Source: a bacterium (GTDB taxonomy: Bacteria > Armatimonadota > Zipacnadia > Zipacnadales > UBA11051). From it: DNA of 64,000 nucleotides. Positions within the stretch are counted from its first letter, which is position 1. Every line of letters begins with the position of its first letter. Position numbers and translations under genes: made by a program. Below the pieces are notes generated by a model. The model made no database searches. It was not told the DNA's origin and saw nothing but the letters and a program-made list of their open reading frames with translations. The stretch covers positions 2,453 through 66,452 of the forward strand of contig JAJFUB010000040.1 of NCBI GenBank assembly GCA_021372615.1. The letters run 5' to 3'. Below are positions 1-8,387 of the stretch, one piece after another.

Positions 1-668
1 GCGATGCTGCTGTCCGTCGCAAACAGCAGGCGGTCCACGCCGACCGTGCGCAGGGCCAGCTCCATCATGCCCTCATCGTAGACGCTGCCGCTGATCTCCA
101 GGTGCACCCCCGGGGCGTCGGCCAGCGTCTTGCAGCACCACTCCCAGTCGCCCCCGCCGCCGACATGGTCGGCGATCAGCTTGGCCTCCGGGTAGCGGCG
201 CGAGACCTCGGCGATGTGCCCCGAGCTCGTCCGATTCGCCGGCCAGTTGGCCACCTGCGACGTCACCCGCTGCTGGTTGTTCACGATCCCCCAGCCCAGC
301 TCGATGCAGCGCTCGATGACCGGGAAGTTGACCGGGTTGGTCAGCGTGTAGTCATCGAAGAGCTTGATGCCCACGAAGTTCGGGTGCTGGCGGCAGCGCT
401 CGATCTCGGCGAGGGCCTCCCGGCAGTACCCGGGGTTCACATAGGCCCAGCCCCAGATGCGGTCGCCGCGACGCTCCATGAGATCAATGGTGCGGTCATT
501 GGCCCGGCGGAACAGCTCGGGCGTGGCGGGCTTGGGGGTCATCACCATGCACACGAGGGTGTCCATCCCGAAGCGGTCGGCCGCAGCAAACACGGCTTCC
601 TCGGTGGAGGGCCCGTCGGGGTTGTCGTAGCCGCTGGTGAAATGAACGTGCGTGTCTATGATGCGCAT
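1..668 (-). CDS. Amidohydrolase-family (PF04909-like TIM-barrel metal-dependent hydrolase); C-terminus runs off the window start
   Basis: Reverse-strand translation from ATG at 668 gives MRIIDTHVHFTSGYDNPDGPSTEEAVFAAADRFGMDTL..., paralogous to the adjacent amidohydrolase 761..1525. There is no stop before the window edge. The +strand ORF 102..680 is its antisense. Confidence 0.7.
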   Translation of the reverse strand, partial: MRIIDTHVHFTSGYDNPDGPSTEEAVFAAADRFGMDTLVCMVMTPKPATPELFRRANDRTIDLMERRGDRIWGWAYVNPGYCREALAEIERCRQHPNFVGIKLFDDYTLTNPVNFPVIERCIELGWGIVNNQQRVTSQVANWPANRTSSGHIAEVSRRYPEAKLIADHVGGGGDWEWCCKTLADAPGVHLEISGSVYDEGMMELALRTVGVDRLLFATDSSI

Positions 669-760
669 GGCCGTGAATGATGGATGATGAATGCGGAATG
701 ATGGATGCGCGATGACACGGTGTCTACTCCCATTCATCACTCATCATTCATCGTTCATCA

Positions 761-1525
761 CTAGCTCCTTCCCACTAACCTCAGGTAGTTCCCGCTCCAG
801 ATCTTGGCCCTGTCGTCCTCGCTGATCTGCGCCGCTTTGATCTTCCCCACCCCGGCGCTCAGGCTGCCGTCGCAGGCGAAGACGAGGCGATCGGCCCCGA
901 CCTCCCGCACCGCCAACTCGATGGCGCCCTCGTCCACGACGCTGCCGCTGGTGTCGCAATGCAGCGACGGAGCCGTGGCCGCCTGCTTGACGGTCCACTC
1001 CCAGTCCCCACCGCCGCAGATGTGCCCGAGGATGATCTTGGCCTCGGGGTAGGCGTTGGCCATGCGGCTCAGGTGGCCCGCGTCGGAGATGTACGGCTGG
1101 CTGGCCATGGCGTCGGTGCAATGGCCCTGGTGCTCGAGGATGACGCAGTCCAGCTCGAGGCACTTCTCGATGATCGGCCGCAGCACCGGGTCGTCGAAGA
1201 AGTACTCGTTATACAGCTTCACGCCCACCATGTCCTCGATCTGCAGGCAGCGCTCGATTTCTGCGAGGGCCTCGGGGGTGTAGCCGGGGTTCACATAGCA
1301 GTAGCCCCAGATGCGCCCGGGGAACTCGCGCATGGCCGCGATGAGGCGATCATTGGCGGTGCGGAAGGTCTCGGGCGTCGAGGGCCGCGGGGCCAGGCAG
1401 GAACAGACGAAGACATCAATGCCCAGGCGGTCCCCCAGTTCAATCTGGGCGGCGTCGCGGGTTTCGGTGAAGCTGAGGCTGAAGTCGGACGGCCAGCTCA
1501 CGTGCGCGTGGGCGTCAATAACCAT
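761..1525 (-). CDS. Amidohydrolase-family protein (tandem paralog)
   Basis: 254-aa ORF MVIDAHAHVSW...NPGY...GHICGGGDWEW, with a metal-dependent hydrolase H-x-H start and conserved D near the C-terminus. The same motif order as the upstream paralog. Confidence 0.85.
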   Translation of the reverse strand: MVIDAHAHVSWPSDFSLSFTETRDAAQIELGDRLGIDVFVCSCLAPRPSTPETFRTANDRLIAAMREFPGRIWGYCYVNPGYTPEALAEIERCLQIEDMVGVKLYNEYFFDDPVLRPIIEKCLELDCVILEHQGHCTDAMASQPYISDAGHLSRMANAYPEAKIILGHICGGGDWEWTVKQAATAPSLHCDTSGSVVDEGAIELAVREVGADRLVFACDGSLSAGVGKIKAAQISEDDRAKIWSGNYLRLVGRS

Positions 1526-1581
1526 GGGTGGACTCCTGGCCCAAACAGAGGCAGCGGACGAGGTCGGGCGAATGACCGATC

Positions 1582-2064
1582 TCAGGCGCCCCCGCAGAAC
1601 CAGTTCAGGTAGTTGCGCTGGAAGACATCTTCAGGCTTGGTCAGGTACATGATGCCATCCACGATGCCCGCGATGGCGACGAAGGGGCTGAGGATGCCGC
1701 AACTGAGGATGCTGACCAGCAGGTAGATCAGCGCCAGCTTGGTGTTGCCCAGGTAGAAATGGTGGATGCCGAGCGTACCCAGCAGGATCGCCAGGATGCC
1801 GGCCACCATCTTGTCCTTGGGCGCCGCGGCGCCGGGGGTCGCCGCGCCATAGCCGGGCGTCGGGGTGACGAAGGGCACGCTGCCGGCGGCGGGCTTGTCC
1901 GCCGCGAACTCCGGGATCATGTCCAGGGACAGCCAGTTCGGGTCGCCCTCGCGGTTGAGCTTCTCATCCGGCGCGACCTGACCCGCCCGGATCCACTCTC
2001 GCACCTGCTCCTCGGGGTAGGGGCCGTTCGCGACGCCGTTGCGCAGTAGGTACCAGTTTGCCAT
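1582..2064 (-). CDS. DUF4339 (GYF-like) + TM2 domain membrane protein
   Basis: Internal ATG at 2064 (MANWYLLRNGVANGPYPEEQVREWIRAG...) preceded by GGAGGGACGGAAG RBS. The C-terminal GILAILLGTLGIHHFYLGNTKLALIYLL matches a TM2-domain twin helix. Confidence 0.8.
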   Translation of the reverse strand: MANWYLLRNGVANGPYPEEQVREWIRAGQVAPDEKLNREGDPNWLSLDMIPEFAADKPAAGSVPFVTPTPGYGAATPGAAAPKDKMVAGILAILLGTLGIHHFYLGNTKLALIYLLVSILSCGILSPFVAIAGIVDGIMYLTKPEDVFQRNYLNWFCGGA

Positions 2065-2224
2065 CTTCCGTCCCTCCAGCACTCGGTGATCGAGTTTGCT
2101 TTTCCCTGTCCCGCACAGAACACCTCCTGCAGGTCCGTGGCTTTGTGCGGGGAATATGGGGTGCATGACGGGGGATCGCCCAGCGCGGAAGGTCACCGGA
2201 CATCGTGCGCGGCAGAGAGCACCG

Positions 2225-3220
2225 ATGAGGATCTACACCTGGTTCTATCCCGATGCAGTGCAACTGGCGCGCCCCGAGTACGTGGCGGACATCGTGGCGC
2301 GGCTGAAGCGCCTGCGCGCCACCGGCCTGTACTGCATGGCCGATGAGGGGGACGTGTTGCGCAACACCGCACCGTGGCGCGCGTTCGTCGCCCGCTGCCA
2401 CGACGAGGGCCTCGATTGCCAGCTCGGCTTCCTGCCCTTCTCCGAGCCCCCCGACCCCACCCCCGAGATGCTGCGGCGGCGCTACACGTATCTGCAGGAC
2501 GGCGAGCTCAAGTACCGCGGGCTGTGCCCGGCGTGGCCCGAGAACCGGATGCTGGCGGCCCATCGGGCCACCCAGCTTCTGGACGCCCTGCAGCCGCCGG
2601 CCCTGCACCTGGACTTCATGCGCTACTACTTCGCCAACAACCCGATCTTCGGCGTGAACCTGGAGTGGGAGGACGGGCGCAAGTGGCTGGACACGTACTT
2701 CCATTGCGACTGCCCGCTGTGCCAGACCGAGCGTCTGGAGCTGCTGGGCCGTGAGGCCACCACCTACGACCGCCAACACCCCGCCTTCATCTTCAAGCGC
2801 ATCCAGCAGCGCGGCCAGCATGTCGAGGAGGTGCTGCGGGCCCTGCGGCGTCTGACGACCCAGCACGACATGCGCCTCACCGTCGCGGTTCGCGTCCAGG
2901 TCTTCAACCGCGCCCTGATCGAGGGCCAGGACTGGCCGCGTTGGTGTGAGGAGGGCCTGGTGGATGCCGTCTCGCCGATGAACTATGCCACCGACCTGGC
3001 GACCGTGGAGCACCGCTTCCAGGAGAACCAGCGGCTGCTGCGCCAGACACGGGTCGAGGTGCTGGAGGGCCTGGCGCGCCGCAGTAGCGCCGGGGGGAAC
3101 ACGCCCGAGCAACTCCTGGCCCAGGCCCAGCGGGTCGTCGAGCTGGGGGCAGACGGGGTGGCGCTCTTCCACCTGGGAGTGCTGGACGAGGAAGACTTCA
3201 GGCTGTGGGAAGCGCTGTGA
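2225..3220 (+). CDS. Hypothetical TIM-barrel protein, possibly glycoside-hydrolase-like (GHL10/DUF4015-type)
   Basis: ORF 2096..3220 trimmed to ATG at 2225 (MRIYTWFYPDAV...). The function call is weak, from motif resemblance only. Confidence 0.55.
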   Translation: MRIYTWFYPDAVQLARPEYVADIVARLKRLRATGLYCMADEGDVLRNTAPWRAFVARCHDEGLDCQLGFLPFSEPPDPTPEMLRRRYTYLQDGELKYRGLCPAWPENRMLAAHRATQLLDALQPPALHLDFMRYYFANNPIFGVNLEWEDGRKWLDTYFHCDCPLCQTERLELLGREATTYDRQHPAFIFKRIQQRGQHVEEVLRALRRLTTQHDMRLTVAVRVQVFNRALIEGQDWPRWCEEGLVDAVSPMNYATDLATVEHRFQENQRLLRQTRVEVLEGLARRSSAGGNTPEQLLAQAQRVVELGADGVALFHLGVLDEEDFRLWEAL

Positions 3221-3239
3221 CGCCCCGGAGACCAGGGCC

Positions 3240-4043
3240 ATGACCGCCACCATGCGACAACCGGCCGCCGAGACTGAGCGCGCCCCGCTGCTGGAGCTGC
3301 GCCACCTGACCAAGACGTTCGGCGGCCTGCGCGCGGTGGATGATGTGACCCTCGGGGTGCCCCCGGCGCATGTCTTCGGCCTGATCGGGCCCAATGGCGC
3401 CGGGAAGACGACGCTGTTCAATGTCGTCTCCGGCCTGTACGCGGCGACGGCGGGAGAGATCCTGCTGGACGGCAAGCGCCTGACCGGCCTGCCTCAGCAC
3501 GCCATCGCTGCCCGGGGCGTGGCCCGCACCTTCCAGAACCTGCAGGTCTTCGGCGGCATGACCGTACTGGAGAACGTGCTGGTGGGATGCCACCGGCACG
3601 GTTCCCAGGGCGTCGTGTCGGCGCTGCTGCACCTGCCCGCCCTGCAGCGCGAGGAGCGGCGGCTGCGCGAGCAGGCCGATGAGGTACTGCAGTTCGTGGG
3701 CCTGTCCGACCATGCCGCCGACCAGGCGGCGGCTCTGCCGCCGGGGCAGCAGCGACTGGTGGAGATCGCCCGGGCGCTCGCGGCCCGGCCGTGCCTGCTG
3801 CTGCTCGATGAGCCGGCCGCGGGCCTCACGACTCACGAGACGGAAGTGTTGGGCGAGCTGATCGGCCGCATCGCCGCCACCGGGCTGACCACGGTGCTGA
3901 TCGAGCATGACATGAGCCTGGTGATGGATGTCTGCAGCCTCGTGGCCGTACTGGACCAGGGCAAGCTGCTGGTGGTGGACGAGCCCCGGGCCATCCAGGC
4001 CAACCCCCAGGTGGTTGCCGCGTACCTGGGCGACGAGGAGTAG
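3240..4043 (+). CDS. livG: Branched-chain amino acid ABC transporter ATP-binding protein LivG
   Basis: MTATMRQ...LLELRHLTKTFGGLRAVDDVTL...GPNGAGKTTLFN... with Walker A, an LSGGQ-like signature (PPGQQRLVEIARAL) and Walker B LLLDEPAAG. ATG at 3240 is 20 nt after the upstream stop. Confidence 0.9.
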   Translation: MTATMRQPAAETERAPLLELRHLTKTFGGLRAVDDVTLGVPPAHVFGLIGPNGAGKTTLFNVVSGLYAATAGEILLDGKRLTGLPQHAIAARGVARTFQNLQVFGGMTVLENVLVGCHRHGSQGVVSALLHLPALQREERRLREQADEVLQFVGLSDHAADQAAALPPGQQRLVEIARALAARPCLLLLDEPAAGLTTHETEVLGELIGRIAATGLTTVLIEHDMSLVMDVCSLVAVLDQGKLLVVDEPRAIQANPQVVAAYLGDEE

Positions 4044-4147
4044 CGGCGCGATTCATCGCGCCGGAGGGACACGTACCCGAGATGGCCTCGCGGAGCCGTA
4101 TGGGTACGCGACGGACATGGGCGCGATGAATCGCGCCGCTACACGCC

Positions 4148-4891
4148 ATGACCAACAGCCTGCTGCTCACCTTATCCGGCCTCAACGTCTACTACGGGCG
4201 CCTGCACGTGCTCAAGGGCGTGTCGCTGCACGTCAACGAGGGTGAGGTCGTGGCGCTGCTGGGGGCCAACGGCGCGGGGAAGACGACGGCCCTGCGGGCC
4301 ATCAGTGGTCTGCTGCGCCCCGCCAGCGGCACCCTGACTTTCGCCGGCCAGAGGATCGCGGGGCACAGCCCCGAGCGTCTGGTGCGGCTGGGCATCACCC
4401 AGGTGCCCGAGGGGCGACAGGTGTTCGGCCCGCTGTCGGTGCAGGATAACCTGCTGCTCGGGGCGTACACGCGCCTGCGCCGGATGCCGACGCGCGAACT
4501 GCAGTCCGACCTGGAGCGCATCTTCGAGCTGTTCCCGCCGCTGCGTGACAGCCGCCTGCGCCGCGCCGGCAGCCTCTCGGGCGGCCAGCAGCAGATGCTG
4601 GCGATGGGCCGGGCGCTCATGGCCCGCCCGCGGCTGCTGCTGCTGGATGAGCCCTGCCTCGGCCTCGCCCCGCTGGTCTCCCGCCAGATCATGCAGACGA
4701 TCGTGCGCCTGCGCGAGGAGGGGACCACGATCCTCCTCGTCGAGCAGAACGCGCGTGCCGCGCTCCGCATCGCCGACCGCGGCTATGTCATGGAGACCGG
4801 CAAGCTGGTCCTGGAGGGGTCGGCCGAGGAACTCATGCGCAACAAGGACGTCCGCCGGGCGTATCTGGGGAAGGACTACGAAGAGGTCTAG
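4148..4891 (+). CDS. livF: Branched-chain amino acid ABC transporter ATP-binding protein LivF
   Basis: LLLTLSGLNVYYGRLHVLKGVSL...GANGAGKTT...LSGGQQQMLAMGRAL...LLLLDEP, a LivF-type ABC ATPase. Confidence 0.9.
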   Translation: MTNSLLLTLSGLNVYYGRLHVLKGVSLHVNEGEVVALLGANGAGKTTALRAISGLLRPASGTLTFAGQRIAGHSPERLVRLGITQVPEGRQVFGPLSVQDNLLLGAYTRLRRMPTRELQSDLERIFELFPPLRDSRLRRAGSLSGGQQQMLAMGRALMARPRLLLLDEPCLGLAPLVSRQIMQTIVRLREEGTTILLVEQNARAALRIADRGYVMETGKLVLEGSAEELMRNKDVRRAYLGKDYEEV

Positions 4892-4892
4892 G

Positions 4893-4935
4893 CCCCGCGT
4901 GGGCGCGCGTGAGGACACGCGCGCCCACGCGGCAC
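4893..4935. repeat. REP-like palindromic element, family 2 (GCGTGGGCGCGCGTGAGGACACGCGCGCCCACGC), in terminator position after livF
   Basis: Near-perfect 17-bp inverted repeat with a 4-nt loop directly after the livF stop. Related copies at ~8145-8176, 56636-56725 and in-frame at ~17985-18080. Confidence 0.75.
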
Positions 4936-4972
4936 TTGTCGCTTCCCGATTCCCGGGTCCCGAGGTCCCGCC

Positions 4973-6271
4973 ATGGCCATCTACAACCCGCGCTATGAGA
5001 GCATGAACCGCGAGGAGCTGCTGCAACTCCAGCTCGAGCGGCTGCAGGCCACCGTCAACCGCTGCTACAAGAACGTCCCCTTCTACCGGCGCCGGCTGGA
5101 TGACCTGGGCATCGAGCCCGAGGGGCTCCAGAGCCTCGACGACCTCCGCGCCCTGCCCTTCACGACCAAGGCCGACCTGCGCCAGGCCTACCCGTACGAC
5201 CTGGTGGCCGTGCCGCTGCGCGAGGTTGTGCGGTTCCACCTGTCGTCGGGCAGCACCGGCTCCCCGACCGTCATCGCCTACACCGCCAACGACCTGAAGC
5301 ACTGGACGGAGCTGGTGGCGCGCAACTTCGCGGCCGGGGAGATCACGCGCGAGGACGTCGTGCAGATCTTCTTCGGCTACGGGCTCTTCTCGGGCGGCTT
5401 CGGCCTGCACCAGGGCGCCGAGGCCATCGGGGCCTCGGTCTTGCCCGTGTCCGAGGCCGAGCTGCCCCAGCAGGTGAAGATCATGCAGGATTTCCGTAGC
5501 ACCGCGCTGGTGGGCATGCCCAGCTACGCCCTCGCCATCGCGGGCGCGATGGAGCAGATGGGGATCGAGGCGAACTCGCTCAGCTTGCGGGTGGGCCTGT
5601 TCGGGGCGGAGCCGTGGAGCGAGGAGCGGCGCGCGGAGATCGAGCAGCGCCTGTACATCCGCGCGTACGACATCTACGGCCTGGCGGAGATGGGCGGCCC
5701 CGGGGTGGCCGGAGAGTGCCCCGAGCGCAATGGCCTGCACCTGGCGGAGGATCACTACCTGGTCGAGGTGCTGGACCCCGACACCGGCGAGCCGGTGCCC
5801 GAGGGCTGCGAAGGGGAGCTGGTCTTCACCACCCTGACCAAGGAGGCGCTGCCGCTCATCCGCTACCGCTCGCGCGACCTGGCTTCCCTGGACACGCGGC
5901 CCTGCCCGTGCGGGCGGACCACCGCGCGCATGTCCCGCGTCTTCCGCCGCACCGATGACATGGTCATCATCCACGGCATGAACCTGTTCCCCGCCGACGT
6001 GGCGCGGGTGCTGACGGACTTCCGCGAAGTCAGTCCGCACTTCCAGCTCGTCGTGGAGCACCCCGGTGCGCTGGACGAACTCAACGTCCGGCTGGAGCTG
6101 GCGGGCCTGCCCAGTGACATCAGCGAGCGGGTGTTCCGCGTGCGGGACACGATCGCCCAGCGCCTGCGGCAGGAGTTGGGGGTGGACCTACGGGTAACGC
6201 TGCTGGAACCGCGCAGCCTCAGCGGCCAGTCCGGCAAGTACCCGCGGGTGGTGGACCAGCGGAAAGTCTAG
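4973..6271 (+). CDS. paaK: Phenylacetate-CoA ligase
   Basis: 432-aa ORF with the PaaK hallmarks: N-terminal YNPRYESMNREEL, AMP-binding motif SSGSTGSPT, and full-length similarity to the PaaK-type adenylate-forming family. Confidence 0.9.
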   Translation: MAIYNPRYESMNREELLQLQLERLQATVNRCYKNVPFYRRRLDDLGIEPEGLQSLDDLRALPFTTKADLRQAYPYDLVAVPLREVVRFHLSSGSTGSPTVIAYTANDLKHWTELVARNFAAGEITREDVVQIFFGYGLFSGGFGLHQGAEAIGASVLPVSEAELPQQVKIMQDFRSTALVGMPSYALAIAGAMEQMGIEANSLSLRVGLFGAEPWSEERRAEIEQRLYIRAYDIYGLAEMGGPGVAGECPERNGLHLAEDHYLVEVLDPDTGEPVPEGCEGELVFTTLTKEALPLIRYRSRDLASLDTRPCPCGRTTARMSRVFRRTDDMVIIHGMNLFPADVARVLTDFREVSPHFQLVVEHPGALDELNVRLELAGLPSDISERVFRVRDTIAQRLRQELGVDLRVTLLEPRSLSGQSGKYPRVVDQRKV

Positions 6272-6274
6272 GGC

Positions 6275-6460
6275 CGCAACCGTTCCCCCTCCCTGTGAGA
6301 CGCGCAGCGTCTCCGGAGGGGGCAGGGGGTAGGCAGCCGTGGCCGGTTCCCTACGACGCCCTACCCCCGCTGCTGCGCAGCGACCCCTCCCTGAAGGGAG
6401 GGGTTGGCGGTAGGCAGCCGTTGCCGTTCCCCACAGCCTCCTCCCCCCCGCTCCTTCGCC
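6275..6460. repeat. Hairpin-dense convergent intergenic region (bidirectional terminator candidate)
   Basis: Multiple G/C-rich inverted repeats (CCCCCTCCC..GGGAGGGGG; GGGGGTAGG..CCTACCCCC; CCCTCCCTGAAGGGAGGG) plus a direct repeat GGTAGGCAGCCGT(T/G)GCCG, lying between convergent paaK and the dehydrogenase gene. Confidence 0.6.
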
Positions 6461-6461
6461 T

Positions 6462-7421
6462 CTACACTACCCGGTTGACCGGCGGCTCGCCGGCCAGGAT
6501 GTTGACGATGTTCACGCAGGTGTCGCGGCGCACGTCCTCCACTGCCTCCTCGGAGTAGAAGGCGACATGGGGCGTGAGGATGACGTGCGGGAAGCTGCGG
6601 AGGGGGTGGTCCATGGGCAGCGGTTCCTGCTCGTGGACATCCAGCCCGGCGCCGGCGAGGGCCCCCGCCTGCAGCGCCGCCACGAGCGCCTCGGTGTCCA
6701 CGACCGAACCTCGGCAGGTGTTCACCAGATAGGCCGTCGGCTTCATCAGACCCAGCGTCCGAGCATTGATGAGGTGGTGGGTCTCGTCGGTCCCCGGCAC
6801 GTGCAGGTCCACGACGTCGGACCGCTGGAGCAACTCGTCCAGAGAGACCAACTCGACCGGCCGGCCGTCTACGGCTACATCGCTGGCGTAGGCATCGAAG
6901 CCGATGACTTCCTTGAAGAACGGGCGGGTGCGCTGCACGACCGCGCGGCCGATGCCGCCCATGCCGATGACGCCGAGGGTCAGTTGGTTCAGGCGGCGGA
7001 CGGGCACGAGGTAGTCACTCGACCATTCGCCCGCGCGCACCTTGTCGGTGGTGAAGACCAGCTTGCGGACGAGGGCCAGGATGAGCGCGGCGGCGTGGTC
7101 GGCGACCTCGTCGGTGCAGTACTTGGGGGAGTTGGTGACGGCGATCCCGCGCTGCCGGCAGTAGTCCAGGTCAATGTTGTCCACGCCGATGCCGTTGCGG
7201 GACACGACCTTGAGGTTCGGGCATGCGTCGATGACCGCCGGGGTGACCGGGGCCCACTGCGTGATGATGGCGATGGGGTCCACGCCGGCGACGGCAGCAA
7301 GCACTTCGTCTTCAGTGGTAGTCTGCGCCCGGACGAGGCTGAGGCCGGCCTGCGCCAGGATACTCTCTTCGACATCCAGCTCCTCGGCAATGGTGTAGTC
7401 CGTGATGAAAACCTTGGGCAT
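6462..7421 (-). CDS. D-isomer-specific 2-hydroxyacid dehydrogenase (PGDH/CtBP-like)
   Basis: ATG at 7421 (MPKVFITDY...) with AGGAGA RBS. NAD-binding GVIGMGGIGRAV and a catalytic region with conserved R, E and H typical of the family. Confidence 0.85.
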   Translation of the reverse strand: MPKVFITDYTIAEELDVEESILAQAGLSLVRAQTTTEDEVLAAVAGVDPIAIITQWAPVTPAVIDACPNLKVVSRNGIGVDNIDLDYCRQRGIAVTNSPKYCTDEVADHAAALILALVRKLVFTTDKVRAGEWSSDYLVPVRRLNQLTLGVIGMGGIGRAVVQRTRPFFKEVIGFDAYASDVAVDGRPVELVSLDELLQRSDVVDLHVPGTDETHHLINARTLGLMKPTAYLVNTCRGSVVDTEALVAALQAGALAGAGLDVHEQEPLPMDHPLRSFPHVILTPHVAFYSEEAVEDVRRDTCVNIVNILAGEPPVNRVV

Positions 7422-7465
7422 GACTCTCTGTCTCCTGACTCGCAAGAATCGGGACAGACACGTTC

Positions 7466-7528
7466 CGCCACACCACGTCTCTTCAGCGAGACGTCTCGTG
7501 GAGAATCGTGTCTGTCCCGGTTCTGAGT
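7466..7528. terminator. Nested hairpin downstream of the PEBP gene, in the dehydrogenase 5' leader
   Basis: CGGGACAGACACG ... CGTGTCTGTCCCG (13-bp stem) with an inner GAGACGTC palindrome. Confidence 0.4.
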
Positions 7529-7529
7529 T

Positions 7530-8107
7530 CTAGCGTTGGTACGTCCCGACGAGTTCCGTCTCCGCGATGATATGTCCTTTCGCCGCCGCGCGCAACTGTC
7601 TCTTGTCCACGTTCGCGCCCAGGCCGCTCCTGGCGTCCAGCGCCATCAGACGGAACCGATAATGGTGCACCTTCCCCGGTGGCGGCGCGGGGCCGCGATA
7701 CCCCGCCTGGCCAAAGTCGTTGCGGCCCTGTGTGAAGCCCGGCTCCGTGGGGTTCACCCCCTGCTTGAGGGCGGTCGTGGTCGGCGGCAGGCCATACACT
7801 ACCCAGTGGACGAAGTCGCCGGTGGGCGCATCGGGGTCCTCACAGATCAGCGCCAGCTCGACGGCGCCCGACGGAACACCCGTCCACGCCAGCGGGGGCG
7901 ACTGGTCGGCGCCGTCGCCGGTATGTTGAGCGGGGATGGCTTGCCCATCGGCAAAGGCGGTGCTCGTGAGCGAGAAGCCCATGGTGGAGCCCTCCTTGGC
8001 TTGCGTCGGAGTGGCCTGCTCGGGCGCGGTGGCCGGCGCTGAGGGCTGCCGGCAGCCACAGGCCCCGAGTAGACAGAACGCCAAGAGGATGGGCGTTGGT
8101 TTCACAG
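7530..8107 (-). CDS. YbhB/YbcL-family PEBP (Raf-kinase-inhibitor-like) lipoprotein
   Basis: GTG start at ~8107 preceded by GGGAGAGAGA. N-terminus VKPTPILLAFCLLGACGC carries a lipobox. A PEBP core motif is present (DPDAP...HYRFRL). Confidence 0.75.
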
Positions 8108-8139
8108 TGTCTCTCTCCCTGTGCGGAGGGTGTCCGCCA

Positions 8140-8385
8140 CCGTTGCGCGCGTGGGGACACGCGCGCCCACGCGCCCCCCGCCGGTAGTGCGGGCCGTCGT
8201 CTCGTAGTGCGGATCCTCGGCCGGTAGTGCGGGCTTCCAGCCCGCCAAGGCCACACGGCCCCACCTGGGGCGGGCTGGAAGCCCGCACTACCCCCCCAAG
8301 AGGGGGCTGCCCTACCGTGTTCCCGTGCTCCCGTGCTCCCGTGTTCCCGCCTCACTGTTCCCGCCTCACTGTTCCCGCCGTCGCC
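8140..8385. repeat. Complex repeat region: REP family 2 copy, GGTAGTGCGGGC x3, family-4 hairpin (GGGCTTCCAGCCCGCC / GGCTGGAAGCCCGC), and short tandem repeats (CCCGTG[CT]TC x4; CCCGCCTCACTGTT x2)
   Basis: Direct inspection of the 280-bp spacer between the PEBP gene start and the end of the CN-hydrolase gene. Confidence 0.7.
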
Positions 8386-8387
8386 GT

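Noticed and set aside
2985-3239. Upstream in-frame extension of livG (track start 2985)
   Set aside because: The extension overlaps the preceding gene. The conserved ABC N-terminus begins at ATG 3240, just after the upstream stop.
1964-3475. 503-aa minus-strand ORF
   Set aside because: Antisense to the TIM-barrel gene and livG, with low-complexity Arg/Pro/Gly-rich translation.
4172-6061. 629-aa minus-strand ORF
   Set aside because: Antisense to livF and paaK, both strongly supported.
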